From contig JAQGDQ010000070.1 of NCBI GenBank assembly GCA_030141605.1, forward strand, positions 662,045-726,044: DNA of 64,000 nt, read 5' to 3'. This document shows, one piece after another, positions 13,601 to 28,100 of this stretch; position 1 is the first letter of the stretch, and every line of letters begins with the position of its first letter. The position numbers and the translations under genes are program-made. Source of the DNA: Tubiluchus corallicola. Lineage: Eukaryota > Animalia > Priapulida. Under the pieces are notes generated by a model. The model was given only the letters and a program-made list of their open reading frames with translations. It was not told where the DNA came from and did not search any database.

Positions 13601-16013
13601 AAATTATTTATTTGTCATTAAAATGGTTCACTCATTATAATAAAATTGAGTAAGCCTCAGCGTAATGTTAAAATAACAACACTGTCCAACACTATTTTTT
13701 TGCACAAAACTTTTCATTATACTAAAATTTTACATTATTTATTTTCTTTATATCTTTATGTATAACATATTAGTTCTTGCCATTATAATGAAGCACCTTG
13801 TAAATTTTTTATGATCAGTAGCAATCTGCTTTCAACGTGTACCTGGGCTTACTGTGCTCTTTTAGCTGCTTCGATGACGTAAAAACATTTACTGCCCTAA
13901 GATTGTCGCTAAAATCTTTTATGCCCTAATAAAATTAATTAAAATTTGCCATAAACCATTTTGCCATTGTGCACAGTAATTAGTTTATGGAGCAATTAGT
14001 TCGTCAAAGTGAGTTTGCGGGGAATTATTAATGGACGTATTACAAGGACTGAAGAGGATGTTTTCTCAACTGTGTTCATATAGATGAGCAATTTATTGAT
14101 CTAAGCATTCCATTATCTAGCCTTGCTGAAACCTTAGGTAGGTCTACTAGTAAACTTGGCCATCAATCCATTACTGTTTTTTTCAGTGCTCTTTCCATCG
14201 TAACCAAGAATTTCAAACAGAATCTTGTTATACGAAGCTGGAAATTGACTCAGTCGCAACTCACATTCCGTCTGTGTTAATTTTCAACAATATTCGTCCA
14301 TTAAAATTTTACTTTAACACAAAATGTGAAGCCAATTTTGACAAAGTGGTACATTCTACTGGAATCTTCGGAAATTACAGATTCCCACCCCCATAGATAG
14401 ACCTGCACAATACATGTTAATAATAATCCAAACAAATTGAATGAAACAAAAGAGATCGGATCAAATCAGGACGGGACGGGAATACAGGACACAGGACAGG
14501 ACATGATAGGCAAAGGCAAGAAGGCCAGGAAAGGCGAGGAGAGCAGAACAGAATACGACAGAACAGAACACTTCTTTTGTCCAAACTTGCCTGCGTTCAA
14601 ATGTGTCCTGTCTGAAGTTACAAGTATGTGTTTAGAATTTCCTGCTTCCAAATTTCCTGTACCCAAGTGTCCTGTGTCTAAAAATTGAAACAGCCTTACG
14701 TTTAAAATAAACTTATGGTGAAATATCCATATGTCTGCTATTGCTGCTTTGCGGGTTGCTGCTCGACGTGCTGGTTCTAGTGTACTGTTAAGGCTAAACA
14801 TCGCTACTGTTCCAGTCAATATGGCTGTCATACGTACACGCGCTTTTGAAACCCTTGTTACTGTAACTGCTACAACTGCTGTTAATGCATATCTAATCGC
14901 GTCTTGAAATAGGAATTGTTAACTTAAACGTTAAACTTCTTGTTTTTCAGAACAGATTGTTAGGTAGCTACAGCTATTTATAGATTGATCGGCAAATAAA
15001 TAGGTGGGTAAGTATTTGTAGATTGGTCGGTAGGCATAGGTATTTGTCGGTCGGTAGTGAATTATGATGAAGATGTAGTCATAATTTCATACAAGTAAAT
15101 GTTGAGTAGACAACTGCAAAACTATTTTAGCAGAGCAAGATAAAACACGATATTCTGGTTAAGGAGCAGCGATGAGGGAGGTGTGCGTGTCAGCTTAAGC
15201 CCCTCCAAGTTACGCGTGTGTCTGACGCCAGTAGGCTTAAGTAAGTACAGCTGATGAGGGGACGGGTGGGTTAAGTAAGTTTTAGATAGACAGGTTGATA
15301 TGTAGGAAGAAGGGTATGGGTAGGGTAGGTGGTTATGCACGTAGGCAAGAGGCCATGCAGGCAATAAATAAAATAGCATAATTAGGAAGCTGTAGTTAGA
15401 AAGGTATGGGTAAACGGAATATAGATGGGTAAGTACTAAGTAGACGTGATTTATAGGTATCCGCCGTATAAGTAAAAAGCTTTGAAGAAACATGAGCCAA
15501 AGATTAGTGAGCAAATAAATGTGTAGGTGGTGAGGTTGCTATTTGCAGAGCTACTGTATTTGCAGATTTACTGCATAATACAGGACTTTACAATATGAGT
15601 ACGAGGTCCAGTAGGCAGGTAGGTAGTGACAACCAAGTGTCCATTGCCCAACAACCCATTGTCCATTGCACACGTTGTTCATCGTAAGCTTTCGTATTAT
15701 GAGCTTCGCATAATCATTTCTCCCACGTGGATCTCTTAATGGCAGCTTTCGTGTAACACGTGTTTTTTGCAAGTGTTAGCTAGCACTGTTGATTGACTAT
15801 AAATTAAGTTTACAGAGTATTTATAACAATAGACATTTATGTCAAACCCGCATTACCGTTTATGCACTAACTCTTTTGTTGCCCCCAAGGATTAGTTGAA
15901 TCACGAATGTTTTGAAAATTTTAGTTCTGTTGCTTACATCAGTGCATGGTTCAAGCTTCATCAGAATGATTCAGTATTCAACATTCTTATAATTATATTC
16001 ATTGTTATTTCAG

Positions 16014-16178
16014 TTCCTGTACAAGCCTACGCATTCCTGGGTTCAGTTGCAGCATTTTTGGTCATTTTGGTTGTTTTCTTCCTCTACTTGAACAAAAAGT
16101 TGTGTTTCACTGAAATCGGTGGTTTCCCGTGTTGTGATAAAACTTTGAAGAAACATGAGCCAAAGTCAAAGGAGCTTG
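16014..16178 (+). CDS. SYT14: SYT14-like exon: transmembrane segment ([32 protein letters not shown]...)
   Basis: tttcag acceptor, gtaagt donor, phase 1-1, hydrophobic helix. Confidence 0.9.
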
Positions 16179-19100
16179 GTAAGTCCTGTTATAAATTTGA
16201 AAAGCTTTCACATAATTATAGTTTCTTCGGGTAATCTGTCATATCGTTTTATCGGCATCTAGTCGCCTGGTCAATCTTTTTGGCAAACTAGGCGACCTTT
16301 TCTAGTAACCCAGTCCGAAGGAAATTAAATAGATAAAATAATTTCAATTGTAATTTTTACAATTGTACTGTATGTTTCACAATCTATTGTATCGCATACT
16401 CCTGTATGTTGAATTTACTCGAGTTTCTAGACTTTTTTATTCCTCATATCTGGGTTATGTTGTTTCTAATTTTTGTCTGCACTTCTCTTTCCATGAGTTT
16501 CATGTATAAAAGTCTAAAATTTGGCACAGTAATAATTAAACAGTCCCCATTTCTGCAAAAATTTGGTCTGTTGACTCATTGGTGTATAAATTTAATGAAA
16601 ACAACAGTGTAAAGTTCAGCAGAATTAACAAAATATTGAAATGCAGAATTAACAGATGTAGTCTAGTGTTTATCTTTCATGTGTTTTTGCATAATTAACA
16701 TGTTTGTGAATATTTTTTAGCCATGCATGTACATGTACTTTATGTTTACAACTTGAGTAAAGTAGCATAAGTGTAACTTAGTCTAGCAAACCAATGCAAT
16801 GTGGAGTAGCATGATGTCGCATTAGGTGACATAGCACAACACAATACAACAGTGACTACGAGAGAACATTTATGTAACTTGTTACGTGACTCAAGTAATC
16901 AGCTGTCTCATTGTGGCAGTTACATTACATTACATTACATTACAAGTTGGCAGTGGTTAAAATGATATTAATTACTGTATAGGGCCTAAATTATTTCCTG
17001 GCAACATGTTTTAATGAATATTTCATTTAAGCTGCATATAATGTACTTAATGATTTTAGATTACACCATGCTAGTTATTACATACAAACTACACATTATT
17101 AGTTTCAAATTACGGTACCTTGTACTTTACTGAACAGTGCATTATTACATAAGTTGTGCTATATAACACTCGTTTATCATTATTTTATAACTGTTGTTTG
17201 CAATTATTCTTTTTTCAGGAGAATCATGTTTTGGTACTAATCTTTGCTTTTTCCATGTGTGAACATGTGCTTTGTTCATTCGTTTACTCATATTGCACAT
17301 TTTGTTGTCACACACTTGCTCGTTTTGCGTTATTTACAATTACAAACATATTCATAGTGCATCATGAATTCTGTTGCATGCGTGTCAATTTTTGCATTGT
17401 TTTCTGTTAGACACACACTCGCCTCGCCTTTCCTTGTTCACTGCTAAGAATACTAATTTTGCATTGTTTTCTATTAGTCACGATGGCCCACTCATATATA
17501 TATATATAATAATCTTTATTTGCCATTAAAAACATTGATAATCACTGATAAAAACTTTATAGAGATAATCAATCAGTGTTAGTTAATAAAAACTTACACT
17601 GCTGAAGGCAAATGCGTCAGTGCAATCTAAACTACTGTGCAGTAATGACGAATAAAATCAAACATATTTACAACTATACACAAAAAAAATATAAAAAAAA
17701 ACTATGATTTAATTAATATGGCCGTGGGTATATGAATTCGGAATTAGTGTGTATGTTGTCGTACTGGTGTGATGGTATTTCATATCTGGTTAATATTAGT
17801 GATTTTAATTTTGTTTTAAATGCTGATAGGGACTTGATTTGTTTAGCCTGTAATGGTAGAGAATTCCAAAGTAAAATTGCTTGTTTGATTACAGAGTTCG
17901 TTCCATAGTGGGTATTTGTCCTAATTTGTTTTAGATTGAATGTTCTGGAATTAACGATAGGATTTGGAAAAAAGGTAAATCTGTTATTCTGGAATGGTTT
18001 GCTGATGTTGTTAATGTATTTAAATATAAAAAGCAGAGTAAAATATTTTTTGTGTGCTTCAATGATTGGGAATTTTAAAGTTTTTCTCAGGTTAGTTGTT
18101 GAAGCTTTGAATTTTTGTCTACCTGCCTTGTGTTTGTATGAGTACCCAGCTATCAATCTCAACGCATAGTTTTGAAGGAGATTTAATTTTAAGTAATTTT
18201 CTCTTTTGGTTTTTTGAAGTAGCGTACATCCATATAAGAAGTGTGGTAGAACTAAAGTTTTATATATTAGTGTTTTAGTTTCCTTTGTTAGTTGCCCTTT
18301 AACTTGTCGGAGATATGATGTGCTAGATGCCATTTTTGTGTATATGTTATTAAAGTGATCATCCCATGAAAGATTATTGTCTACTTGTATGCCCAGGAAT
18401 TTAACATTGTTAGTTTGTTTGATTACAGCATTATCTATTGTCAAAGTGGTTGATGATGCATCATTAGTATTTAATGAGGGTGACAGTATCATGAATTCTG
18501 TTTTGTCATTATTCATTTTTAGCTTGTAATGACTAAATGCCATATTTATATTTTTTATATCTTCTTCTAAATAATTTTTTGCAGTTTGGACATTTTCATG
18601 GGCTATGTAGATTGTAGTGTCATCAGCGTATTGCGTTATTTGTGAGTGTTTTAATACACTGGATATGTTGTTTATATATAGGCAAAATAATAACGGACCT
18701 AGTAGTGTTCCTTGCGGTATACCTCTGTTTAACGTGGCCCAGTCAGAAAAGTTGGTTGTATCTAACTTTACTCGTTGTTGTCTATCTTTGAGATAATTTT
18801 GTATCAGTTTTAACGATATCGAATCTAATCCGATTTGTTTTAAATTATCGTAAAGTAGTTCGTGATTAATGCTATCGAAAGCTTTACTTAAATCCAAAAA
18901 TGCTGCTAAAATGTATTGCTTGTTGTCTAAACTATGTCTCCAATTTTCTGTTGTGTGTATTAGGGCGTCAATGGTTGAATGGTGTTTACGGAAGCCAAAC
19001 TGATGTTTTGATAAAAGTTCATGTTTATTTACATATGAATTTATCTGATCATAAATTACCCTTTCCCAAACTTTGCCGAAACAATGGATTACGGAAATTG

Positions 19101-22100
19101 GGCGATAATTCATGGGATCACATTTTGGATCTTTTTTATGGATCCCAACTCACATTGTTTATTGTTAGTACATACTGTTCTGGCATTATTTTACTGAATA
19201 TTTGTTCAAAAATGCTAATGGCATTTATTTTGCTCTTACCTGTGCTCACCTTGCATTGTAAACCTGCTGTGCATGGTTTGTTATTTACCTGTTAATATAA
19301 CTTAAATAAGCAAATATTATGTACTCAACTTTCCTCTCACATAATGCTCTTGCTTTTTTTGTATTCATGAGTTTGCCATTTACCTTATTTATAAGTAAAA
19401 AGTTATTAAAAAAGTATCAATAATGATGGTTTTGTAAGTCAATAGTTCAATATTTGAAATCAGCTTGTATTATGAAATCCTAAACATTTACATAATGCTT
19501 AGTAGCATAAGATTTCATTGATAATTTCTCCTAGTTTTGCTGTGGTTACGGAATGAAAAGTACATAATTTCTATTCTACACAAGTGTAATTTTTATTGCA
19601 AATTAAGAGATTTTAGCTATGTTTTGGTTATTTTTCTAATTGTAGCTCTTCTGAATTAATTCTGTTTTCACAATTAATTCTAGATTTATTCATAGATGGC
19701 AGCATGAGTTAGTTGCGGGAATGTGGGCCTGTCCGTTACTGATATTGATTTGCATAATGTACTGTGAAATGTTTTCTGTATGCTTTCAGCAAGGCCTGTG
19801 AGAACTGAATATAAGTAACACTGTGATTACGCTGCACCACCATGCTCATTAGGTTTAATGGTAACAGCTGACGGTAATGATAACTGATGATCCCTTTATG
19901 CGGAGCATTTTTATTCTTAATTAAAATTTAATTACTCCAGTTTAAGGGAACTTCAAAAATGAAGAAACACTTTTTCTGCTGATCATTTCTAATTATTCAG
20001 TGACGAGATTTTAACAAATGCCGTGTTAGCAAGAGCTTTTTTTCAAGTTTATCCTCGATACCCATACGATTGTATTTTACTAATCACGATTTCTTTTTCT
20101 TCAAAGAGCTTTGTAGCTGCTGTGACTTCTATTACCTTTTTAATCTGTCGCTTTTGAATTTTTTCAGTGTTAGTTGCATTTAATACTTGTAATATTCTGG
20201 CGCAAAGATGTTGTGCAGAAATTAAACCATGTTTTGTACTTTATCTTCTTGTCTCCTTTTGTAGTGCAGGTCTCACTAAATTAATAATATTGAAGAACAT
20301 ATTACGTATTTATCAAATAGTTTAGGACATATATGCTGAAAGAATCATTTTGAAAAATAGCCACACTTTTTTATTATAAATTGTGAAAAACTGTAGAGTA
20401 AAACCTACATATGCATATGTGTGTATGTGTGTGCATGCGTGTGTGTAAGAGAGGAACAAAAAGAGAGAGAGAGAAAGGGAAAGGAAGAGAGAGGCAGGAA
20501 AAGAGGGAGGGAGAGAGAAGGGGAAAGGATACTGAGGGAAAGAAACAAGTGGGAACATGAGAAAACGATATAATTATTGTATGCCGTGAGTATATTTCCC
20601 ATAATGCCCATAATATGGCCCATAATCCATGTTCATTCACCAAAAATTACACCAGCAAATCGTGGAAAGGGTGCTAACCTCACTGCTTATATATATATAT
20701 ATATATAAAACCATATACTATAAAAAACATATACTACGTTAATAAGAATACCATTATACAAGTCAAATTCAATAATTTAAACTAAAGACAGAACATAAAC
20801 TTTGATGTATGAACCCAATGGTAAAAACATAAATATACATAAACACATATTTAAGGTAGTTACATACACACATAATATTTAATTTACATAAGTGATGTTA
20901 GTTATATATGTATATAATTTGTTTTTTAATTTATAATAATTACATCCTGGAACTGAAACATTTTACAATAAAATTACAAGCAACTTGGAGAATTTCGGAA
21001 TCGTTTGAGCCTAATAATAATTTTAGTTTCACATCTATTGCATACAGAGAGCTAATTTCTGTATAAAGGGTGTTTCTTTGCTGTTCATATCAACCGTTCA
21101 AATGTTATGTTACAGGTCGATCATACAACTACGATCAGGATCAGGACTCGTCAAGTGATAGTGATGATGAGATCTTGCGGCGATTACAAGAGTCCATGAG
21201 TGCTCATAGTATTCTCCGGGCATCAATCAGATCAACTACAGCGACAGTACTGCCACATCAGAATTCTGTATCAAAAGATCATGGAACGTGCGACGAACAG
21301 CGAGGCCTGATAAAGCAGGGTCAGCTGGATGGCCAAGGAATTGACGTGCAGGCAGGTACGGATGGCAGTCATTATCTGTGAAATATTTAAAGGCACACGG
21401 GTTTTAGTATTTCGTCTGTCTTGTTAATAGATGCCACCACGCTACGCATAATATATTATTACTGGTGCTGCTAACAGTTGATGTCGCCATCTGCTAAAAT
21501 TAGAATTAAACTAATGGAAGCTAGGGAAACTGAGTGATCAGATGGTTCTGTTGGAACGTTTAACCACAAACCCAGTTGTAAAATTAAAGTGTCCTAAAGT
21601 TTCACTTTTGGAATATTTCTGTAAAGATTAATTAACATATGCAGTGCTTGCTTGTTTCTACTTTTAAATGTTTTAGTAATAAGTCTTTTCACAGTTCCAG
21701 CAATTGATGATGATCGTGAAAAGGTCAAAGGTTAAGTGTACCAGACAATGCATTTGTGTACACTTGGCAATGCCTCGCAACCCATGCTGTTGTAATAGTA
21801 ACAGTTTTTGTAAGTGTCTGTCAAACGTCATTTCCGTGATGGATTTCTGTGGATATTTTTAACATTTCTGAACACCAATGCTCAGTGAATGTCTGAGGTA
21901 ATAGATTTGCAGAACTACATCAGAGTCTTGCTGTAGAGGCCAAGTGTTTCTTTATACATAAATAAGCTTAAAACCAGACAAAATACAAAAACCATAAAAA
22001 TTTAGGAAACACTTTTTATTTCAAATAAATTTTTATGATTTTTATATTCTTGTTTTAAAGTTTATTTTGAGTTTAAAATTTCTAAAAAAAATTTTTGCTT

Positions 22101-25100
22101 GCCTGAATGGCAGATATGGGACAAGAGCAGGACAGTGTGGATGCACTCTAGCAGTTACCCAGTAATTAGTTAATTCCTGATCTCTCTTCTGCAATGATGT
22201 AATTAGATTCCTGATCCTGCAGCATAATCCTACATATATTTCCCTTGAGTATGAGATGACCATATGCATGCATGTTTATTTCATGGTTGGACTGAAATAG
22301 TATTATATCACCATAGTTACATGATGCTTTTCTCTCTAACCTTGTATCAGTGGACACCATGGTGTAAATTATTGCATTGTTAATGACTTCAGATAATTAC
22401 TCTTGAGCTGTAATAAGATGAGTGTAGCATATTAATTGACTCACTGTTAGCCGTGTATTTTGGACACACAGCTACTGAAACTGTTGCTGTTTTACTATAT
22501 AAGCCTGAGCAGGAATGGATAGTTGGATATTAGAATGGTTTCAATTTAAAATTATTGTATTGTTCATCTGTGTGCATAGAATAATTCATTTTTAGTTTTA
22601 TGTCTGGTATGGAAAGGAGGAAAGCAGCATAAATTTTGGACAGTAAAAATGCGGAATTGCTTGATTGAAATCGAAATTCATCATAGATTTTGCTTTTAGA
22701 GCCTTTCCTGGATCACATTAAAAGTATGTGAATTGCAAAACAATTACATCAAACTAATGGAAAGAGAGACACACCACTTTTCCTAATGATTTAGTTTGCC
22801 TAGATGTTATTCTCTGAGGCCAAATAGTTCGTATAGTTTGCCATAATATGCGGACTGTTTGTGACTAGTTGTTTAGAGTGGGAAAAGTATTATTATTTAT
22901 TCGTTACACTCGGAAATGTTATTGTAATAATATTTTACACGAATTTTTTCCCATCGAAGCTTTTGCTCACTTCAATACAGAAAAATTTTACACACTTTAA
23001 TAGAAATCGTTATGTTAATCAGTAGTGTGCAAACCTTCTTGTGTATTGCTATATACAGTCAACCTCGGGTAGAAGGTACTTATAAGGGACCGTCAACGCC
23101 AGTCCTGATTTTTCGTAACGATTTTCCTTATAACAATCTTCGTATATAAGGTACTCGGATATAAGGGACGATATCTTCAAGATCCCGCATAATAGAAACT
23201 CAGGTAAATTACCCAAAAAGCCTATGCCGAAACCCCGCACTTGCCCGACTGTATTCCCTTAGACTACTACTAGTATTCCCTTGAACTTGGTAGTTCCAGG
23301 AACTTTCTGGAAACACGCACTGCACACGCATGATGCACCTCAGCTAATCACAATGTCCTGTGATAGTGAATTGATGGTTAAATGCTTACTCAGAAAGGTG
23401 AGGTACTTCTCATCGGAGTTTGAGCACGATACGGCTCCAAGTGCTTCGTGGATAGATCGCTGGAAGAAAAGGTGGAACATTGGGAAAATGTCTAAATCTG
23501 ATGAGGCCAGCTGTGTTAGTCACACCCTCAGTCTGACTAAACTTCGGCTATAAGGGACATCGGATATAAGAGACGATTTTTTCCGGTCCGGATGTGTCCC
23601 TTATATCCGAGGTTGACTGTACATGTACCAGTTTTAAACAAAAGCAATATGGAGGTTTGCTCCTGGAAGACTGAAGCTATTTTGATTAGTTTTTTAAAAT
23701 GGAAAATACAAGGTTTCATTTTTATAAGGGTGATAAACAGGCACCTACTGTTTTTCTCGAATTGAAAGGAGCTAAAGAAGAAGAAAAAGAAACTGTGCAT
23801 TGAGAGTTTTACGCCGCTGATACCCGAGGAGGGGAACTAGGAGGGAGACTATCCGTTGCTTGGAAACGAATCTCCATAGTCTAAAAATGTGATTAAGATG
23901 AATACTATGCAATTATGACAGCTTGATTTATTAGCTAATTTAATATCTTACCATGACTGTAATGCTTTACAACTGCACAGTTGTAAAATGAGTACGACAC
24001 CAAATATTATGTTACTTGTTACATAGGTCAAGATTCAGATTTGATTATAAATCTTGAAGACGGCGACCATCCTGGCGGCCATCTGACTATTGCAACTGAC
24101 CCACATGGACAATCTATGTCCAGTGCCGATGCTGCCGATGTCAGCGGCAATGAAGAGGACGATCAACCACTCCCAGAAGGGTCTGGTGGAAAATCGCCAA
24201 CTTTACCTTCTGGTCAGTGCATGGAAGCATCTGTACCGACGTTCGACAATCAGGCTTTCCGTGAGGACGAGACGGGTTTTGGGAAACCGGCGAGGTCACT
24301 GTCGGCTTATGGTGAAACAGCTGGTGCTTCTGATGCAGACGTGCGTATAATTTTAATGTTTTGTTTGTTTTTGGGAGCCATATTTTGTGCATAAATTATG
24401 TGGATTATGATAACTACACTTTTTTGTCTAACAATATCTTTTTCTTATTACCCTAAATAAAATCTTGTGGGATGATGATGGTGATGGTGATAGTGAGAGT
24501 TAATTTGTCAGTTAAGAGAAACAAGTACAGATGGCACTGCGGACGAAAATGAACACGCCTTTTCTCTGAGTAAAATTTTGTAATTTCATTATTTATCCTA
24601 ATTGTTGTGAAGGAGACAAGATCAATTTGTAAACCATGTGGTAGAATGCATGATGCAAAATGTTCCTGGAAAGAAAGTAGTGAAGTTGCAGCAGTGCACT
24701 TCGTTATCCATCCTAGTAGTAGGTAGGCTGGGATGACATCTAATTCTGGTGCAAATCTTTAGATTTTGATGATGATGGACGATAATGTCCTTATGGCTAC
24801 CACCCGAGAGATTTGTCTTCACAAGGCTCGCATGCTGTTGGACTTTTGTACCGCGTATGGTATGTTTGTGAATGATGAGAAAACAAAAACGATTGTTCTT
24901 AGCGATACTGGCGAAGACAAAGCTCCAATTGATTGTGGAAATTTTCAGATAATGTTATAGGACAACCATGTCAAGGTTTATTCATGCCTTATTAGTAAAT
25001 GATAATTTAAATATAATTGATAAAGATTTCAATGATATGTGGGCTTATGTAAGAAATAAGCAACCCAGTGTACCCAGTGTCTTTTGATTTGATTTAACTC

Positions 25101-28100
25101 TTTATTTCGATTTAATTTCATAGAATACATAACATACAATACGTACGTGTGTTTTAACCCAGATTTGAAACAGCCTTTAATAAACAGTGACACTGAATTT
25201 ACCCGTATTAGTACCACACCGGTTAAAGGTACAAACAGGAAGATGGTCAAGAATGCCACGAGAGAGAATTGAGTGTGGACTTGGTATTCGAGACGCAAAC
25301 CATGTGCTCTTCGTATGCCCCCTACCTGCTAGTAAAGTAAACGGTACTCGCCAACATTATAGTACTATACCAGAGTTAATTTTTGATGCAGAGCCTAGGC
25401 TACTCCACTTGAAATCAGTTTGCTGTGGAATTCCTAAAAGTGTTAAGTGTCTAAAAGTTCCTGACACTATAACCATGGCTCCTTTTTTTGTTGTAGCTGT
25501 TACTACTTCTGATCAATCGTTTTTCGAACTTAATTACTGCAAAACAATGAAAAAATATTATGTTCAGCCTGTTGAGTTTCCCAGTCAGGTATTCTCAAAT
25601 GTTCAATAACTTGTTTGATCATATGGTCATATAGCTGCATCAAAGAAAAACTACAGAAACAAGTAGGATAATCTGCGGTTTCACAAAGCTGTCACTAAGT
25701 TAATGACGTCGTTATTTCATTCACTTAACTATTAGTAACGACGTTGTTAAGTTAGTAATGGCTTTGTGAAACTGGGCCTTGGTATATTCCAAGGTGATTT
25801 GCATGATTGATGTTCAAAGTGATGTCAGTCTTGTCATAATAACAGGTGCTTTGAAAGAACTGTTAATATCAGCTTAGAACTTCATCAATTTCACAGCTTT
25901 GTGGTGCTTCATGCAAAAACTCTGCATTAATTTGAGATTTAGTTCTACAAAGACCCTTTGTGATTCTGTTTTTGTGACAGAATGACAAAGAGCCTTTGTC
26001 ATTCTGTGTTTAATATGTCTCCTTGGGGTATTAATGAATAAAGTTACGATCGTGTCATTCGTCAATGTCACCAATGACTTCTTATACCTTTTATCACGTT
26101 AATTGTCAAACCTTCAGGGGCACTTTTCGGAATCTATTCATCTTTTTTCACTTTGAAGTGATTTTGATTTGCAGTCGTCTCACTTTCAGGGTAAAGTTTT
26201 TATTAATCTCTTAATTCCCAACTGGTTTCATTTCAAAATTCTTGTATGTCAGTATGCTCTTTGATATCTACTTTTAATGCCTTGGTTGGCGAAATTTTCT
26301 AGTAATCGCATGTCTCAGAGTGAAAGCTTTTGCATAAAGCAAAGGTGCATCTATTCTTTGATGGACAGAATAATATTTGCCACATTGTTTTAACTGTTTT
26401 GTTGGCTTCAGAGACAATGTTATATCTAATTGTGACCTTCTATTCTACCTTGTATTCTTGTTTCTTGTCAGACATTGTTGCATTTTGCTCTGCATTGAAA
26501 AGTGATATTTGAGTGAGAGTAAATTTTGCAGTTACTTTAATTGCAGTTACTGCAATTTGGTCTGTTATTTAATGCTGTGTTGGCTTGTTGAATGTGTAGC
26601 ATTGTTTTTGAGTCGGCTTTGACCAGTAGTTAGCTGCTGCACATGAGCTAAATAAAAAAGTGACCAGAATGCTATTTGCATTTTACTCACACATCGTTAG
26701 TTTTTAAGCTCTAGCTCAAGGCAAAAAGATGCTATTGCAGAAGTCCGAATTTGACTCAGTCTGTGGATAGTCCATATCGACTTTGGTTTACAATATGCAG
26801 TGCAAAACCAGAGTGCAAGTTCACTGTTTTCTCTGCAGAAAGATTGAGTCGGTGTTGCAGTCAGATGACTTAAATTTAAGGAAGCAAATCCTTTCCTACA
26901 TTGCTGTTGTTTTATAGCTAAAAGAGTAAATGAGAATGTAAATATTGGACTAGATATCATGCGAAAGAACAACTTTTTAGTGCTCTTTTTTTGGAAGATA
27001 TTAAAGCATTTTTCCCGGAGAAACCCTAGAGGGTGAGGATATTAATCTTCCATGGAGTCTATGGCTAAGAATTTATCGGTAGAGTGGGATGCCTGGGACC
27101 GGATTTAATAACATGTTTCGTAAGAAACTTCATAGGAATTTTTTGTTTTTGTAAAGTTACAATCGCATTTAGCAACTCTCTTAGGTTACGAAACCTTTGT
27201 GAATTCCATACGACCGATCTTACAAATAAAACAATTCATAACAAGCTTTGTGAATCCGACCCTGTACTGTACTTGAAAATATCCATCTACTGCTGGTGAA
27301 TTTATCTTTTCGAATCGACTGTTTGATCTTGTGTCGAGAATACAAATGTCACAAGCTGTCCTAACCCACTTTACAGGGTTCCAAAATCGAGTTATTTATC
27401 TATAAGTTCAACTTAGTCTGAGAATCTGTATTTCTGTTTACACTTTCTGTAAATTTATATTTTCCCTGTATTTCCTGCCACAAATAGCAAAGGTGTTGTT
27501 TGGGTAAATGAGTAAATTCAACTTCAGCAAGAATTTAGTTCTGTACCTTCATCAACTACACGAAAATTAAAGATATTTTGAATTTTGAATGGTGTTCTAA
27601 CAAAAGTGTTCACTCTAACTGAGTATATGAACATTGAGCATGATTACACTTGCTCGCTAAAGTGATGGACTGTGCAAAATTCTATTTGCCCATTTTCTCA
27701 GCCCCAAGGGCCAAGGACAAAAATATGAACATCATCGTTAAGTCATTAGTGAAGCTGCTCATAGAATTTTTAAATTCGAATGCCAATTTGAATTTGGGTA
27801 TGAATTTCGTTCATGTTCGAATTCGATTTATATTTTTACTAACTAGGATTTCAAATAAGTTGTACAGTCAAATCTCGTTATAACATCCACCCACCCCCCT
27901 CCATAACGTCAGCCTTGTTTAATACCGATATTTTTAGCAAAACAAAATGTCTATATATGCATAGACACATATGTATTTATGTACCTTGTCATAATACCAA
28001 ACTTGCTTAATGGCAATTTTTTCTGGAGTCCCAAAGTGGGCTGTTTGAAGAGGGTTGACCATAAATTTTTAAGCATAGAGCTTTGTTGAACAAATTAACC

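Noticed and set aside
26697-26972. PHD-like Cys pattern (C..CRK...[10 protein letters not shown]) resembling LINE ORF1
   Set aside because: Too degenerate to support without a profile search.
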